Shown here: one piece after another, positions 12,013 to 23,296 of the stretch | How the letters are laid out: each line of letters begins with the position of its first letter | Position numbering within the stretch: position 1 is the first letter of the stretch | NCBI RefSeq assembly: GCF_022539665.2 | Contig: NC_081332.1 | Location: forward strand, 1,364,001-1,428,000 | Direction of reading: 5' to 3' | DNA length: 64,000 bases | Source: Daphnia carinata | Taxonomy: Eukaryota | Notes under the pieces: model-generated | What the model was told of the DNA's origin: nothing | The model's input: only the letters and a program-made list of their open reading frames with translations | Databases searched by the model: none | Translations under genes and position numbers: made by a program

Positions 12013-13936
12013 CTACGAGTTTTCTTGGGCATGCATCACATTTCTAAACGTATTCAACTTGATATTTATAAACGACATTATCAATGAATATAGAATTTCG
12101 CCGACAAAACACAAGAACGAAAGAATGCATCCAGAAATTAAGACGCTAAACGCTCCTGAGAAATTCTTTAAGGTGATTTTTGTTTTGTTTTCAAATATTT
12201 CGCTCTTTCGTTTTTTATCCGCTTTGTTTAGACAGAAGTTGGCGTTTTTGTTTTTCTGCTCTTCCTTTCGAGTCCAAAAATCGATCAGCCCGCCTTGATG
12301 CAGCTCCATGAATCTGCACCACGAATAATTGGTATTATGCCATGACTGCACATTTGAAAGGACTGAATATTAGTACCCCTTGGTGAAAGATTTGGTGTGG
12401 GGATTTTTCCAGGGCAGGGCCCATGCCGTGATTCCCGGAGACGGGTTGGATTTTCTAGCAATAGCCAAGTGGCATTTGTTGGTGGCTTTGAAATCTTCGT
12501 CGAGGACAGTCAAAGCACCAAACGCGGCCTTTTCGTACGTATTTACAAAAAACAGACAATTGAATTAATTCAACAGATAATTTCATCTACCTGGATGTAG
12601 GCGTATCGTTCGTATTTCACCAGGTTGACGCAATGTTCCTTTTTCGTGCAACGCGATTTCGGATTTGACTTTAGCCTGTCGCCGAGTTGCTTGTAAGGTC
12701 CATCTTTGGCCGTCTAGATAAAGAATTTAACGAACCGTAGGATAGATCTACTATGTTTTAATTTACAGAAAGAACGGTGTCTAAGGCTCTCCCCTTATCA
12801 ATGGCAAAAGGAACGTGCGGTTTATCAGCAAGATCCCGAAGGGAAACGACTAATAGTTCTGCATTCGATTTCAGAATGTGAGAAATCAAGACGCTGTTGT
12901 AGGCGCAAACGAGTACGAAAGTGCCCAAGCACCAACAGCCCAAAACAAATAAAACCGCATTTCGTGATGTTGCGGAAAATCTGCCGCCTTCGTATACAGC
13001 AAAACGCGTGTGTTATCATTTGGTTAAAATCGTAAATTAATTAGCTTACCTTGGTTCAAAAGGATCTGCAATATGATGATAATTGTTTGGCATGTGGTTA
13101 CGAGGGATGAAGGTTTTGCTTCTCGTTTCCGATCCAGCATAGATGAAGCTATCGGTCGAGTAGAAAAATGAAATACGAGCGCCGTAATCGGAATGAAGGA
13201 AATCAGTGCGATCCAGACCTATGGTAACCAAGAAGTAAAATTTTATGAACTGAAATTTCATCACTAATCAATTAGGTGTGTAATAGTTACCGGAAGTTGG
13301 AAGGGTTCGGTGATGGCTGCGATGTTGGCTGTTGATTCCGGCATTGGTATTACAACATCGATTGTCGTGTACGCATAACCTTCCGCAAAATCCATTAATC
13401 CTAAACGGCTAGTTGCCATTAGGATGGTTCCAACAATCACGTCACATCGCTGCAAAACTTCAGCGTTAATTTCGAGCTACTAAACACTGCATCATTTATT
13501 TGGTGAGTCAACGTACCCCGTTTCTCATGTAATAAGCCATTCCTGGTGAACCGTCACTTTGTTTCTCTAAGAAGGTGTCGTTCACTTGTAGAATCGAATA
13601 CCTTCGTCGTTTACGTATAATACTTGTAACGATAAAGAAATGTTGAGAAATCATTAAAGCAACTTACGTGAACTTAAAACGTTGAGATAATGCAGCGAGA
13701 GTGTTAGCTCCTACACCGTGTAACTTGAGTATGTGACCGGAGGCGTTTCTCATTACATACAAGTGAACAGCCGTGTGCTTTCGGACCCAAGAAAAATATA
13801 AAAGAATTCTAATTTTCAAATCTTTTTAGTTTACCTGTGCACCTACAAACAAGTGTTTTCCTTGAAGCGGATTGTATTCGCTTGACACGATTCCTACCAG
13901 AGCCAAGAAGAACGAAGACCAGTGAAATCCCTTCAT
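12013..13936 (-). CDS. Divergent ionotropic receptor
   Basis: MKGFHWSSFFLALVGIVSS signal; RCDVIVG...MDFAEGY; WCLGTFVLVCAYNSVLISH; MELHQGGLIDFW; ITLKNFSGAF terminal TM. Exons are spliced. Confidence 0.9.
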
Positions 13937-15892
13937 GGCTGGAGAAGAACAACGCGTTCTAAAATTGGAACTCAACTGTTGCGTCAAGTGTGGTGGAGGA
14001 ATGGATTTCAACAGATTGGAAGAGAACCATTCTTTTTATCCAAGCCAACGAACACGAGAGGGTATAATTCTATCGCCGCGACATCTAAAGATCCTGTCGA
14101 AACATCACATTAAAAATCCACAACATTTTTATTCCATATATCTATTTTGTTGTAAGCAACGATAATCCTAGGTTTTGGTAAGTTCGGTTCATACGTTGTC
14201 AAGGAAACGCTGTCATTTAGAATTAGAAAAATCACAAGTTGGAAATCATGGATGGTAAAAATTTCAGATCTAGGAAAAGAAATAATTCAACATCTGTCAC
14301 GGGATGTAGCTCCATATAAAACGAAAGATTGGGAATTTTCTTTAAGTTAACATAAAGCTTACCACGAAAAATATCATTCATCATTTCATTGCCGTCGAAA
14401 AGATGTCAATTTTAATATTGTATGATACGAATGAAACTACATTGTAACTTCCCAACTACGGAGTGTACACTTATGTACCTCGTGAACCACAAGAACAGAA
14501 TGCAGCTAAAAATATGTGACTTGTCGACAGCTTGTAAGTTCTAAGAATGAATAAAGGTAAAAACCTAGGTATTGATTAAAACTGCCATGCCCTACACAAG
14601 AAAATGTTAGGCAGCCATTTTACATGTCGATTTTTGTTCAGTAACCTGTAGAAGCTGCCATTTCCTATGTGGCTCTTAGTGGAAAACAAATATGAAATTC
14701 TTCGAAAATTTCTAACTGATTAATGATATAGGGCAAAAAAATTTATGTAAATGTGGTGACATATTTGTTTTTCTATAACGATAGTGATAAGCAATACTTC
14801 GATATATTGATGTTTTAGCATTATGTATAGTTGTTTATCTTCCCATTCCTTGCTTGCCATGTGCATTATCTTTTCCAGCCTCTTACATTTTTCTCATTTT
14901 TGCTTAGATTAAAAAAACAAAAACAAGAAAAAGTCTTCCGAAGTCTTGACAATCTACCATGATAAAGGAAAAGGTCAGTAAAGTACTCGGTTGTCCTTTA
15001 GTGTAATTGGCGATGTTGTAATCGAATCATTCTAAACTGAGCCCGCCAAAAAGTGCAGACATTCACGAATGAAACAGGCCACAAAGAAATGACATAACCA
15101 TTAATGGAGACGTTCGTCAAATAAAGGTATGTTGTTTTTTCATTGCGTGCTATATTATGCTACGTTAATTGCTGTCTGTTTTATTAGTTGATAGAAGTTC
15201 CTAACGAGAGCCTGAATCGAACTTTATTGAACTCTGGAAACTAGTGACGACCTGTGTAACTGCCATTGGAATTTTTCTGGTGAAATTCTTCCCTACCCTG
15301 CGAAAATGAGGTGTTTTGCGTCGTAAAACGTGTTCAGTCTTTTGATTACGACAAACATTTTGATCGTCCTCTGCAGATTGTTATGTAGCCTTTCTGGATT
15401 AATTTCTTCATTAATATCACTAGTTGTAAGTAGTCGTTTGACTTCAGTTCCACTCATGGAAAGCAAAAGATTGCATTGCATGCTCAGAATTTGTTTTGCC
15501 CTTACAGTGATTCCCAAAGTATGTATCATTGACAGTGTTTTCCTCTGTCATTTTTTTAATTAGCAGGTGCATCAGATTGCAAAAAATTGGAGGCAATTGA
15601 TGTTAAGAAGTAAACATGCCCACATAATATGCATTTGGGACACATGCAGTAAAATGCAAACATCTCCTAAACAAACTGGTAAATATCCATTTCTTGTTAG
15701 AATTCACGTCATAAGAAGTTTAATCAATTTTCGGAAGCTTCCAATGCCGCCGTAATTCCATGCATTTATTAAGTGCAGTTCTGTTTTTCCCATTAAGGAC
15801 AAGTCTGGAAAACTGCAGTAAACTCAAATAGTCTATTTTTCCATGGCCACAAAAAGGTTGGAAGGAATAGCTTAGTCTTCCTCTCTACTCGT

Positions 15893-17911
15893 TCAAGTCC
15901 TTAGAACCTTAGGTAAAGATTTTGGAGTGTTCAATCGAAAATTTATCAACACAAGAGATAAATGTTCGCCGGCAAAACAAAGGAAAGACACGATACTGCC
16001 AAAGATTAAGACGTAAAACGCTCCCGAGAAATTCTTCAATGAAATTTTCGTTCGGTTATCAAATAATTTGCCTCGTTGCTTTTCCTTAGCCTCTTTGAGA
16101 CAAAAATTGCCGTTTTGATTTTTTTCCTGTTCACGTCGAGTCCAAAAATCAATCAATCCGGCTTGATGCAGCTCCATGAATCTGCGCCAAACAGGGAAAA
16201 AATTACCAGAAGTAAAATTTTAAAAATTTTAGCAGTACCCCTTAACAAAGATTTTGGTATTGGGACTCTTTTTGGGCAGGACCCATGCCAAAGATCCCGG
16301 AGTTGGATCTGTTCTTCTAGCCAGGGCGAGATTGCATTTATTTGTAGCCTTAAAATCTTGATTGATCATCATCAGAGCGCCAAACATACCCTTTAAAGCA
16401 TCAAAACAAGGAAAAAAGCAGCTAAAGTAAATGTTTCGACCTGAAGGAAATTTCAGCCATAAAGCGTTGATCGTTTGATGTTTTTTTCTTTACCTGAATA
16501 TAGGTGTACTTTTCAGATTTCACCAGTTCGATGCAGTCACGATTTGTCGCACAGCGAGACTTTGGATCTGAACGTAACTTATCGCCCAGTTGTTTGTAGA
16601 TTCCATATTTTGCTGACTAAATTAATATATATTTTTTTCTTTTAGAATGACCCAGGCCTACATGTAAGCATTGATCCAATTACCGATAGGACTATATCAA
16701 TGCCCTTCCCTTCATCGACCACAAGACGAACGTTCGGTTTCAGGGCAACGTCCGTGATTGATTCGACCAGCGGTTCTGCATTTGAGCCCAAGATGTAAGC
16801 AACTAAGACACTGTTGTATGCGCTACTTAGCACGAATGTGCCCAAACACCAAGAACCCAGAACAAAACAAACAGCTAATCTTGTTATTTGCGGCACTTTG
16901 CCTCCTGAGTGAAAAGGAATTTTTACATTTTTTATTGGAATCGGATTAAATTGAATATTCTTTACCTTGGCCTAGGAGAATTCCATAAACTTCGAAAATT
17001 ATTTGTCCTGCTGTTGAACGTTTTGGACGATGCATTGCATTTTGCTTCCATCCCAAGCCAACAGAGCGGATGGTTCCAGGCATCGGAATAATTGAAAGGT
17101 AAGTGACAATCGCCGTGATAGGAATCAGTAATAGCAATGCAACCCAGACCTGTTTATTTTCGTAATAATGTACAACTGTTGTTTACAATCCATACCTTCA
17201 ATGTGCTTACCATTTTAGGAAGATATATAGTTAACAATTAACTTACTGAAATCTGGAAGGGTTTGATGATTGCTGCCGCATTGCTTGTTGATTCAGGCAT
17301 TGGCATCAGGACAACGGCTGCCGTGTAGTAATATCCTTCAGCGAAATCCATCGACATTATACGGCTAGTTGTCATTAATATGGTTCCCATCATTAAATCA
17401 CATCGCTGGAAGGTAATCAAAGCAGATTGGTAATGTCATAGCATTATTTGAGCACACAGAAAAAAGGAATGTAACGGACTCCCTTTTCCATGTAATAAGC
17501 AAATCCCGGTAACGAATCACTTTGCTTTTCTATGGAGTTGTCGTTCACCTGCAAGTACGAATACCTATATAACAAAACAATCAAAAAGGTATAAAAAATT
17601 TTAAAAAGCATCGTTCAAAGTTGATTTCAGGTGACTTACGTGAAATTAAAACGTTTTGATAGTACAGCCAGAGTTATAGCTGCCACTCCGTCTACCCTAA
17701 CTATTTGACCGGTGCTGTTTCTTATCACAGTAGCGTGAACTAACGCCACCTGGGAGTAAATAAAGGTGACGATAGTTTAAAAAATCATTAAAGAAGCAAA
17801 CCTAAAATCCCATTGTACCAGTGGCCCGACATTCAGGTGTTTTCCATTCAATGAATTGCAATCGCTTGATACAAGTTCAATTAAGAACAACGTCAAGTGG
17901 AGTGTTTTCAT
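15893..17911 (-). CDS. Divergent ionotropic receptor, tandem paralog of 12013-13936
   Basis: MKTLHLTLFLIELVSS signal; RCDLMMG...MDFAEGY; WCLGTFVLSSAYNSVLVAY; MELHQAGLIDFW; ISLKNFSGAF. Confidence 0.9.
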
Positions 17912-20043
17912 CACGAAAAGACGTGAACCTGTAACGGCTGTATCTTCACATATGCTGGTCGAAGGAGAAGACCCGTGCTTTTTAACCACATGGACACATT
18001 TTGTATCCTGCTTCAATCACCACGGAAACGTAATTTTTAAAAACACGGTAAAACTCAGATATATTTCATCTATATTTTTTCCTTTGTCTTTCAACTAACA
18101 CAATTCCAGGGTTTCGCGAGAGTGGTTCGTTCAAAGCTATTGTTGGTTGCGCAGTAGACATGGATCTATAATAGAAAGCAACCAAAGATGCTAAGACTGT
18201 CACAAACAGCTAATGATAGAAATAATTGAACGCCTCTGCCATCAAAAGATATTTCAACAAAACTTCTGTCAAACACAAAAGAACCGTGCACCGAACTCAT
18301 GTTTCTGTCTTTCGTGAAAGGAAAGAAGACTTTCATGACAGGTAGAATAAGTTGTTCAGAATCACCAATAGACAACGTCATTTCCATGGCTCGGGATCAC
18401 ATAGGCTAACAAATGATCGATAAAGATTGGAAATGAAATTGCAATGGAAGGCGCTCACATGTCCCCACAGATGACCTTCAGTAACAACAAGTGAACCGTA
18501 AACATCTCGGAGTGAACAATAACAACTGTCATCAACTATCAACAATCAAGCCGTCATTACGATGGCGATGTGATAAACGTGTGCACACGACCCATCACCA
18601 TCATTTTACCACTACCCGTTACTGACGGAGAAGTCTCAATCTACAAAAAGGTTCGTTGACGTTATTCGCACTACTGGCTGACAAAAGCGGTGATGGAGCT
18701 TGTATTCTTTCACATCTGTATATCGTATGAATTATGCAGCATTCTATTGTGGATCAAATCAATACGACAAAAACGAAGTGGGTAGCTACAAACAAGAAAA
18801 TTCAACCACTAATATAGTACCCGATACGGTTGCAGTATCTCTGCGTAAGTTAAGCTCAATGTCATTTGTTCATCGTTTCGATTGCAGCTCCAAAACAACC
18901 GCTTGGCAAACTTGTCTTGAAAATTTCGATATTGTAACGTTAAAAAAAGTAGAAATGACGAAAGATAATCTTTACACAGTTTATAGTGAAAAAAGGTAAA
19001 CATTTTCCCCATTATTAATTCTTTGTCAATATTTCATGTTCCTTATGTTCCATATTGTTTCATATTTCCCAGAACTGATTTCTCGTTTTTTATTTACAGC
19101 GTCCTTTGAAGTGACTGTCTTTAGCCGGTAGATGTACGCCAATGAAGCAGGCCACAAGTAGTCCGCACAATCACCAAGTGAAACAATCCCAAGATGTGCT
19201 TCAAGGTAAATTTTATTTGTCAAAGATTTGGCGCCCGTTTTATTGGCCTCGATCAAACCAATAATAAGGAGGGTTTTTCATTTCCCAATGACAATGTTGA
19301 TAAAACTTGCAGACCTTGCTGAAATACGTACGGAAGTGACACAAGAGGAAACGTAATGACATCATCAGTGTCGGAAGAATTTCTCCCAACGAGGACGGGG
19401 GTACAACACAACCTCTTTCACTTATAGGACGAACAGAATAGCACAGATTACGGACACGCTATACATGGAATTCATCGTGCAGAACGAAAGCTCTGCAGCA
19501 AGAGAATATGCCTCAAGCGGGAGTATAGAGTCTGCATCCGTACATGGTAATGCTAAAATTAAAGCCTGAAGGTTGAGCAATGCTCGAGTGACGTGGAAAC
19601 GTGGGAGACAGTTGTAATCAATCATGGTTGCAATCTCGTTCAAGGAAACTGACGCAATCAGGGGAAATCCCATAATGCCGAAAGGCGGTATACTTACGGT
19701 ATTTGTATAATTTCACGTTTCCCTTATGCTAGATTGATATTCGTCTACAATAAAAATAGTCCCGTCTGCTTTACCGCAGAAACCTTTACCTGGAAAGACC
19801 CAAACATTCCGGATTTTCCGGTGATTGTGGAGAAGGAGGTAATCAAAGGATACTCGGTAATACCTAAGGTAATAAAAAAAAAGGAAAGAAAATCGTTCTC
19901 CCACAATACCGCTGACAGGCTCCTCTGCAATCCCATTCTGCAATGGATATAAAGCTTTGAATAATAGCATTGATTCGATGTCAGTCTCCTGTGTCTCAGC
20001 ACAACGAACCCAACTACAACTAGTCAAAAAAGCTAACTCCATT

Positions 20044-20583
20044 ATGCATTCACTGAAAACACTGGTAAGGCTTCACACTATGTTTAAAAATAATACTCCA
20101 GTTTTTGATAGATTAAATTTTTTTTTTCAGATAATAGCTCTATTGGTGTTTGTTTGCGCCATTGTTGCCCGACCTATGATTCAATTAGATTCTGAATCTA
20201 ATGACGACGTATATCACAGTTTGAATGTTCAACAATTACCTGTCGGCTATCATAGTTCAACATCCAACAGTCCTATCCTGCAATCAGAAAACAATTCAAT
20301 ATTGCCATTACCTCTGCGGAAGGATCGCTTTAAAAGTATGTCGGACTCATTTACTCAGCAAGATTAAGTTAGGAAAATTTTAGGAAACATGTTTAATAAT
20401 GACTTTTACTTGAACATAGGAAATACGGTGGTACAAAATCATAACGGAATACGTTATAACGGCATAACTATTAAACTTCCAGAAGGCGATGGCCTCGCTA
20501 ATTCACTGGTGTCATCCAGCACGGAAAAACCACGAACGAAGCCAGGCAACCGACTGACTCGTATTCATATCCGGATAGGGTGA
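20044..20583 (+). CDS. Small secreted prepropeptide with RFKR furin site and C-terminal Gly
   Basis: Exons 20044-20064, 20131-20335, 20420-20583 have compatible phases. Product: MHSLKTLIIALLVFVCAIVA...RKDRFKR-NTVVQNHNG...RLTRIHIRIG*. Confidence 0.7.
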
Positions 20584-20834
20584 TGTTTGGTATAGAGATT
20601 ATTTGTGTATTTACAATCGTAGGTGTAAATAAAATTTCGCGGTATGTTTTTTAGTGGGTTTTAATCTCAAAATGTTTACCATTTCGGTACGCAGATTCTC
20701 CGTACTAAACAAATATTTTAGCAAGTAAAGCCTTTACTAACAAAGAACGGAACGTTGTTTGGCTTCCTGGCACAGTCGTTACCATGTAAAAGATTTCATG
20801 TTTTAAAATCAAAATGCAAAATTAAATAAAATAA

Positions 20835-20907
20835 ACCTCTGTGGCCTAATGGATAAGGCACCGGCCTCCTAAGCCGGGGATTGCGGGTTCGAGTCCCGCC
20901 AGAGGTA
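20835..20907 (+). tRNA. tRNA-Arg (anticodon CCT)
   Basis: 73-nt cloverleaf: acceptor ACCTCTG/CAGAGGT, D arm TGGCCTAATGGATAAGGC, anticodon stem CCGGC-CTCCTAA-GCCGG, T loop GGTTCGAGTCC. A T-run follows downstream. Confidence 0.96.
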
Positions 20908-21272
20908 CAGGTAATGAACGATAAGTGGGAATGTCGTATACATTGCCTTTTTCAAAGAAGAGATATGCAAGAGATGATTTAGAAAATTCTAACACTGTCA
21001 TGAAATACGGTTTGACTCCTATTCAAGCCAGTGAAACAATCTGATTTCACTGCTTCGGTACACGAAATCCAGTTAGTGCAATGCAACTTTAACATGCATC
21101 TGTTTATTCGTGAAAATAGGTGGGTTTATAGCAGAGTAAATTCGGGCCTGCAGTAAAACGAACTATTACATTATATGGCATTGCAACGAGCAAACATGTC
21201 TGGTTGAAAGTTTGATTTCCATCTTACAGGGTTGTCAATGCAATTTATGATTCATGATTCACAAACATGCAC

Positions 21273-21746
21273 TAGGGCTCGGCCCCGATTGTCTTTGATC
21301 GGGGCAAACCGCGGTTTTTCATTTAAAAATCGTCAAACCGTGGGTTCGGTTTGGTCTTTGACTGCGGTTCGGTTTGCAGTTGGGCAAAACTGGTTTGAAC
21401 CACCATTAAAATTTTTTTTTAAATTTTACTAAAATTCCAAATCAAATAATTATCACTAATTGTTGTGAGCGTAATGACGATCAGTAACTTGTTGTAAATC
21501 AAATTTCCGATCAGACTTGTAGGCATCGCGATAGAAATTGGTCGATGCTTCCGCCATCTAGCGACAAAATCTGTTACTGATGTTATTGTCCTATGCAAAC
21601 CATAAAACCGCGGTACAAACCGTCAAACCGCGGTTCAATCGGTTTGAAAAAACGGCAAATCGAACCGCACCGGTTTGTCTCTTTAAAAAAAAAAAACCGC
21701 GCGGGTCGGCCAAAATCGTGCCCCATCGTCGCGGGGCCGAGCCCTA
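21273..21746. mobile_element. Non-autonomous hAT-superfamily MITE (474 bp)
   Basis: Perfect 15-bp TIRs TAGGGCTCGGCCCCG / CGGGGCCGAGCCCTA; identical 8-bp TSD ACATGCAC at 21265-21272 and 21747-21754; many subterminal AAACCG/CGGTTT motifs. Confidence 0.92.
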
Positions 21747-22912
21747 ACATGCACCTGCATGCACAAACAATGAAATACTTTTTTTCATTTACGTCACTAT
21801 TCTTCCGTTTGGCAACGAAGCGAGCGATCCGGCCTGGCCCTCTGCTGGTAATTTCGCACCTGTTTCTTGTGTTCCTCCCTGTTCAGAATTTTAAAGCATG
21901 GTGCCGGCAGCCAAGGCTTCCGGGCGAAAGCTATAGCTGGAGATGGTTGCTGTCGTGATACTGCGGATTGTCGTTCCTACGGATCCGTAAGTTTTATTTC
22001 TATTCATATTAGTTTATCGAGCTTGCCACAGCTGCTTGAAAATAATATTAAGTTCATGCGATGGAGTGATTCATTTTCTTAATTTACAGTAGTGACCAAT
22101 TGTTTCTGATACGTAAACTTTCATGGTGGAGTCAGTCATATATTAGCCATGCATGATTTTGACATCAATTGATTGATGGCTGTAAATTTATTGAATGCTT
22201 GATTGTTACTAAGGATGTCTTGATTTTATTATCAGCTAGGATATGGGAAAGCTCTATCCTGAGTATCTTTTAACAAGTGTGGGCCGAAGTACCTTGACCT
22301 GTGTTTAGAATGGCTGTGTTATGGTGTGAAATCTGGTAACTTGTGACAAATCAATTACTGTATGTGCAATTGTTTAGGAAAGGCAATGGCTGCTGCATGT
22401 CCCGTTAAAGGTGTGTTAAGATGTCTGACTCAGTTTACGTTTCTTGGTTACATGAATGGTCTGTGTCTAAGCTGATTTTTATGATTTAAATCATTTTCAC
22501 GACCATGGGTTTTGGTTCTTAACACATTTTTTCTTTACAGCTGTAACTGGCAATTCCGTGTACATGTGGGTCCTTTTGATTCTTCATTCATTGTGCGCTT
22601 TGATTGGTGGGAGCCTTTTTTAAAAATGATAGTATGATTCTAATGACTGTGGTTTGTTTCTTAGGTACTTTACTTTAATAGCTGCTCCCCACCACTCAAC
22701 CTGTTTTCCATATTACAGGTGTTACATGTGACCGTGCAAGATAAGTTGAATTTGCTTTGGCTATTGGATTGTAAGGGGGACTTGAGCTAGTCATGGCGAA
22801 CACTTATGCTGCGTACGGATATGGCTGCTCTGCAGTTTCTTTGAAATAGGTGGTCTCATTTTAGCGACGCCATGTGATTTTAGGTTAGTATTCTTTTGTT
22901 GATGTGTTCTTG

Positions 22913-23296
22913 CCCCTGTGATGAGTTTCCGCTCTGCTTTAATTGGCTTCCGGCAATCCCGTATCTGGGGGTTACAAACGGGGCACTTGTTGCTTGTTTT
23001 AGATACTCTCGGGAAGGTCTGAGATATGGCTTTGCTCTTGATGTAGAGCTGTACGCTCTAGCCGGGCGGCCTTTTCATGAAGGTGTAGGGGAATAGAAAG
23101 ATTTCGACTGGAGCGTTATTAGGCCCATGATGTTCGTTCCAACGGACTAGGCGTTGACTTCCACGTACGATTGGAACTGCTTCTATGGCTTGCTTTTTGA
23201 GTCTAATGTGCGGGTTGCGGGATGCTTTGGTTAACTGCAAAACTCAATTCAGACTAGTCTGTCGAAAGCCAAATTTACTGCTCTGCGTCTGAGGGG
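22913..23296 (+). other. Box C/D terminal kink-turn motif enclosing the RNase P RNA
   Basis: CCCC-T-GTGATGA (box C 22918-22924) ... T-CTGA (box D 23289-23292)-GGGG; 4-bp G-C closing stem and 3-nt bulge. Confidence 0.7.
22943..23272 (+). ncRNA. RPPH1: Nuclear RNase P RNA (RPR), intron-embedded
   Basis: All five conserved regions occur in order: CR-I GGGAAGGTCTGAG (23011-23023), CR-II AGAAA (23095), CR-III TGGAA (23172), CR-IV AGTCTAAT (23200), CR-V AACTCAATTCAGACT (23241-23255). Helices: P1 TTGGCTTCCGGCA/TGTCGAAAGCCAA, P3 GTATCTG/TAGATAC, P4 GTCTGA/TCAGAC. Confidence 0.93.

Noticed and set aside
18380..19960. Series of exon-like segments with GT/AG ends (possible decayed gene)
   Set aside because: Could not be joined into an open frame or assigned to a family.
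21074..21100. Minus-strand resemblance to miR-33 (AGTTGCATTGCA)
   Set aside because: Seed region mismatched, no convincing precursor hairpin, not in an SREBP intron.
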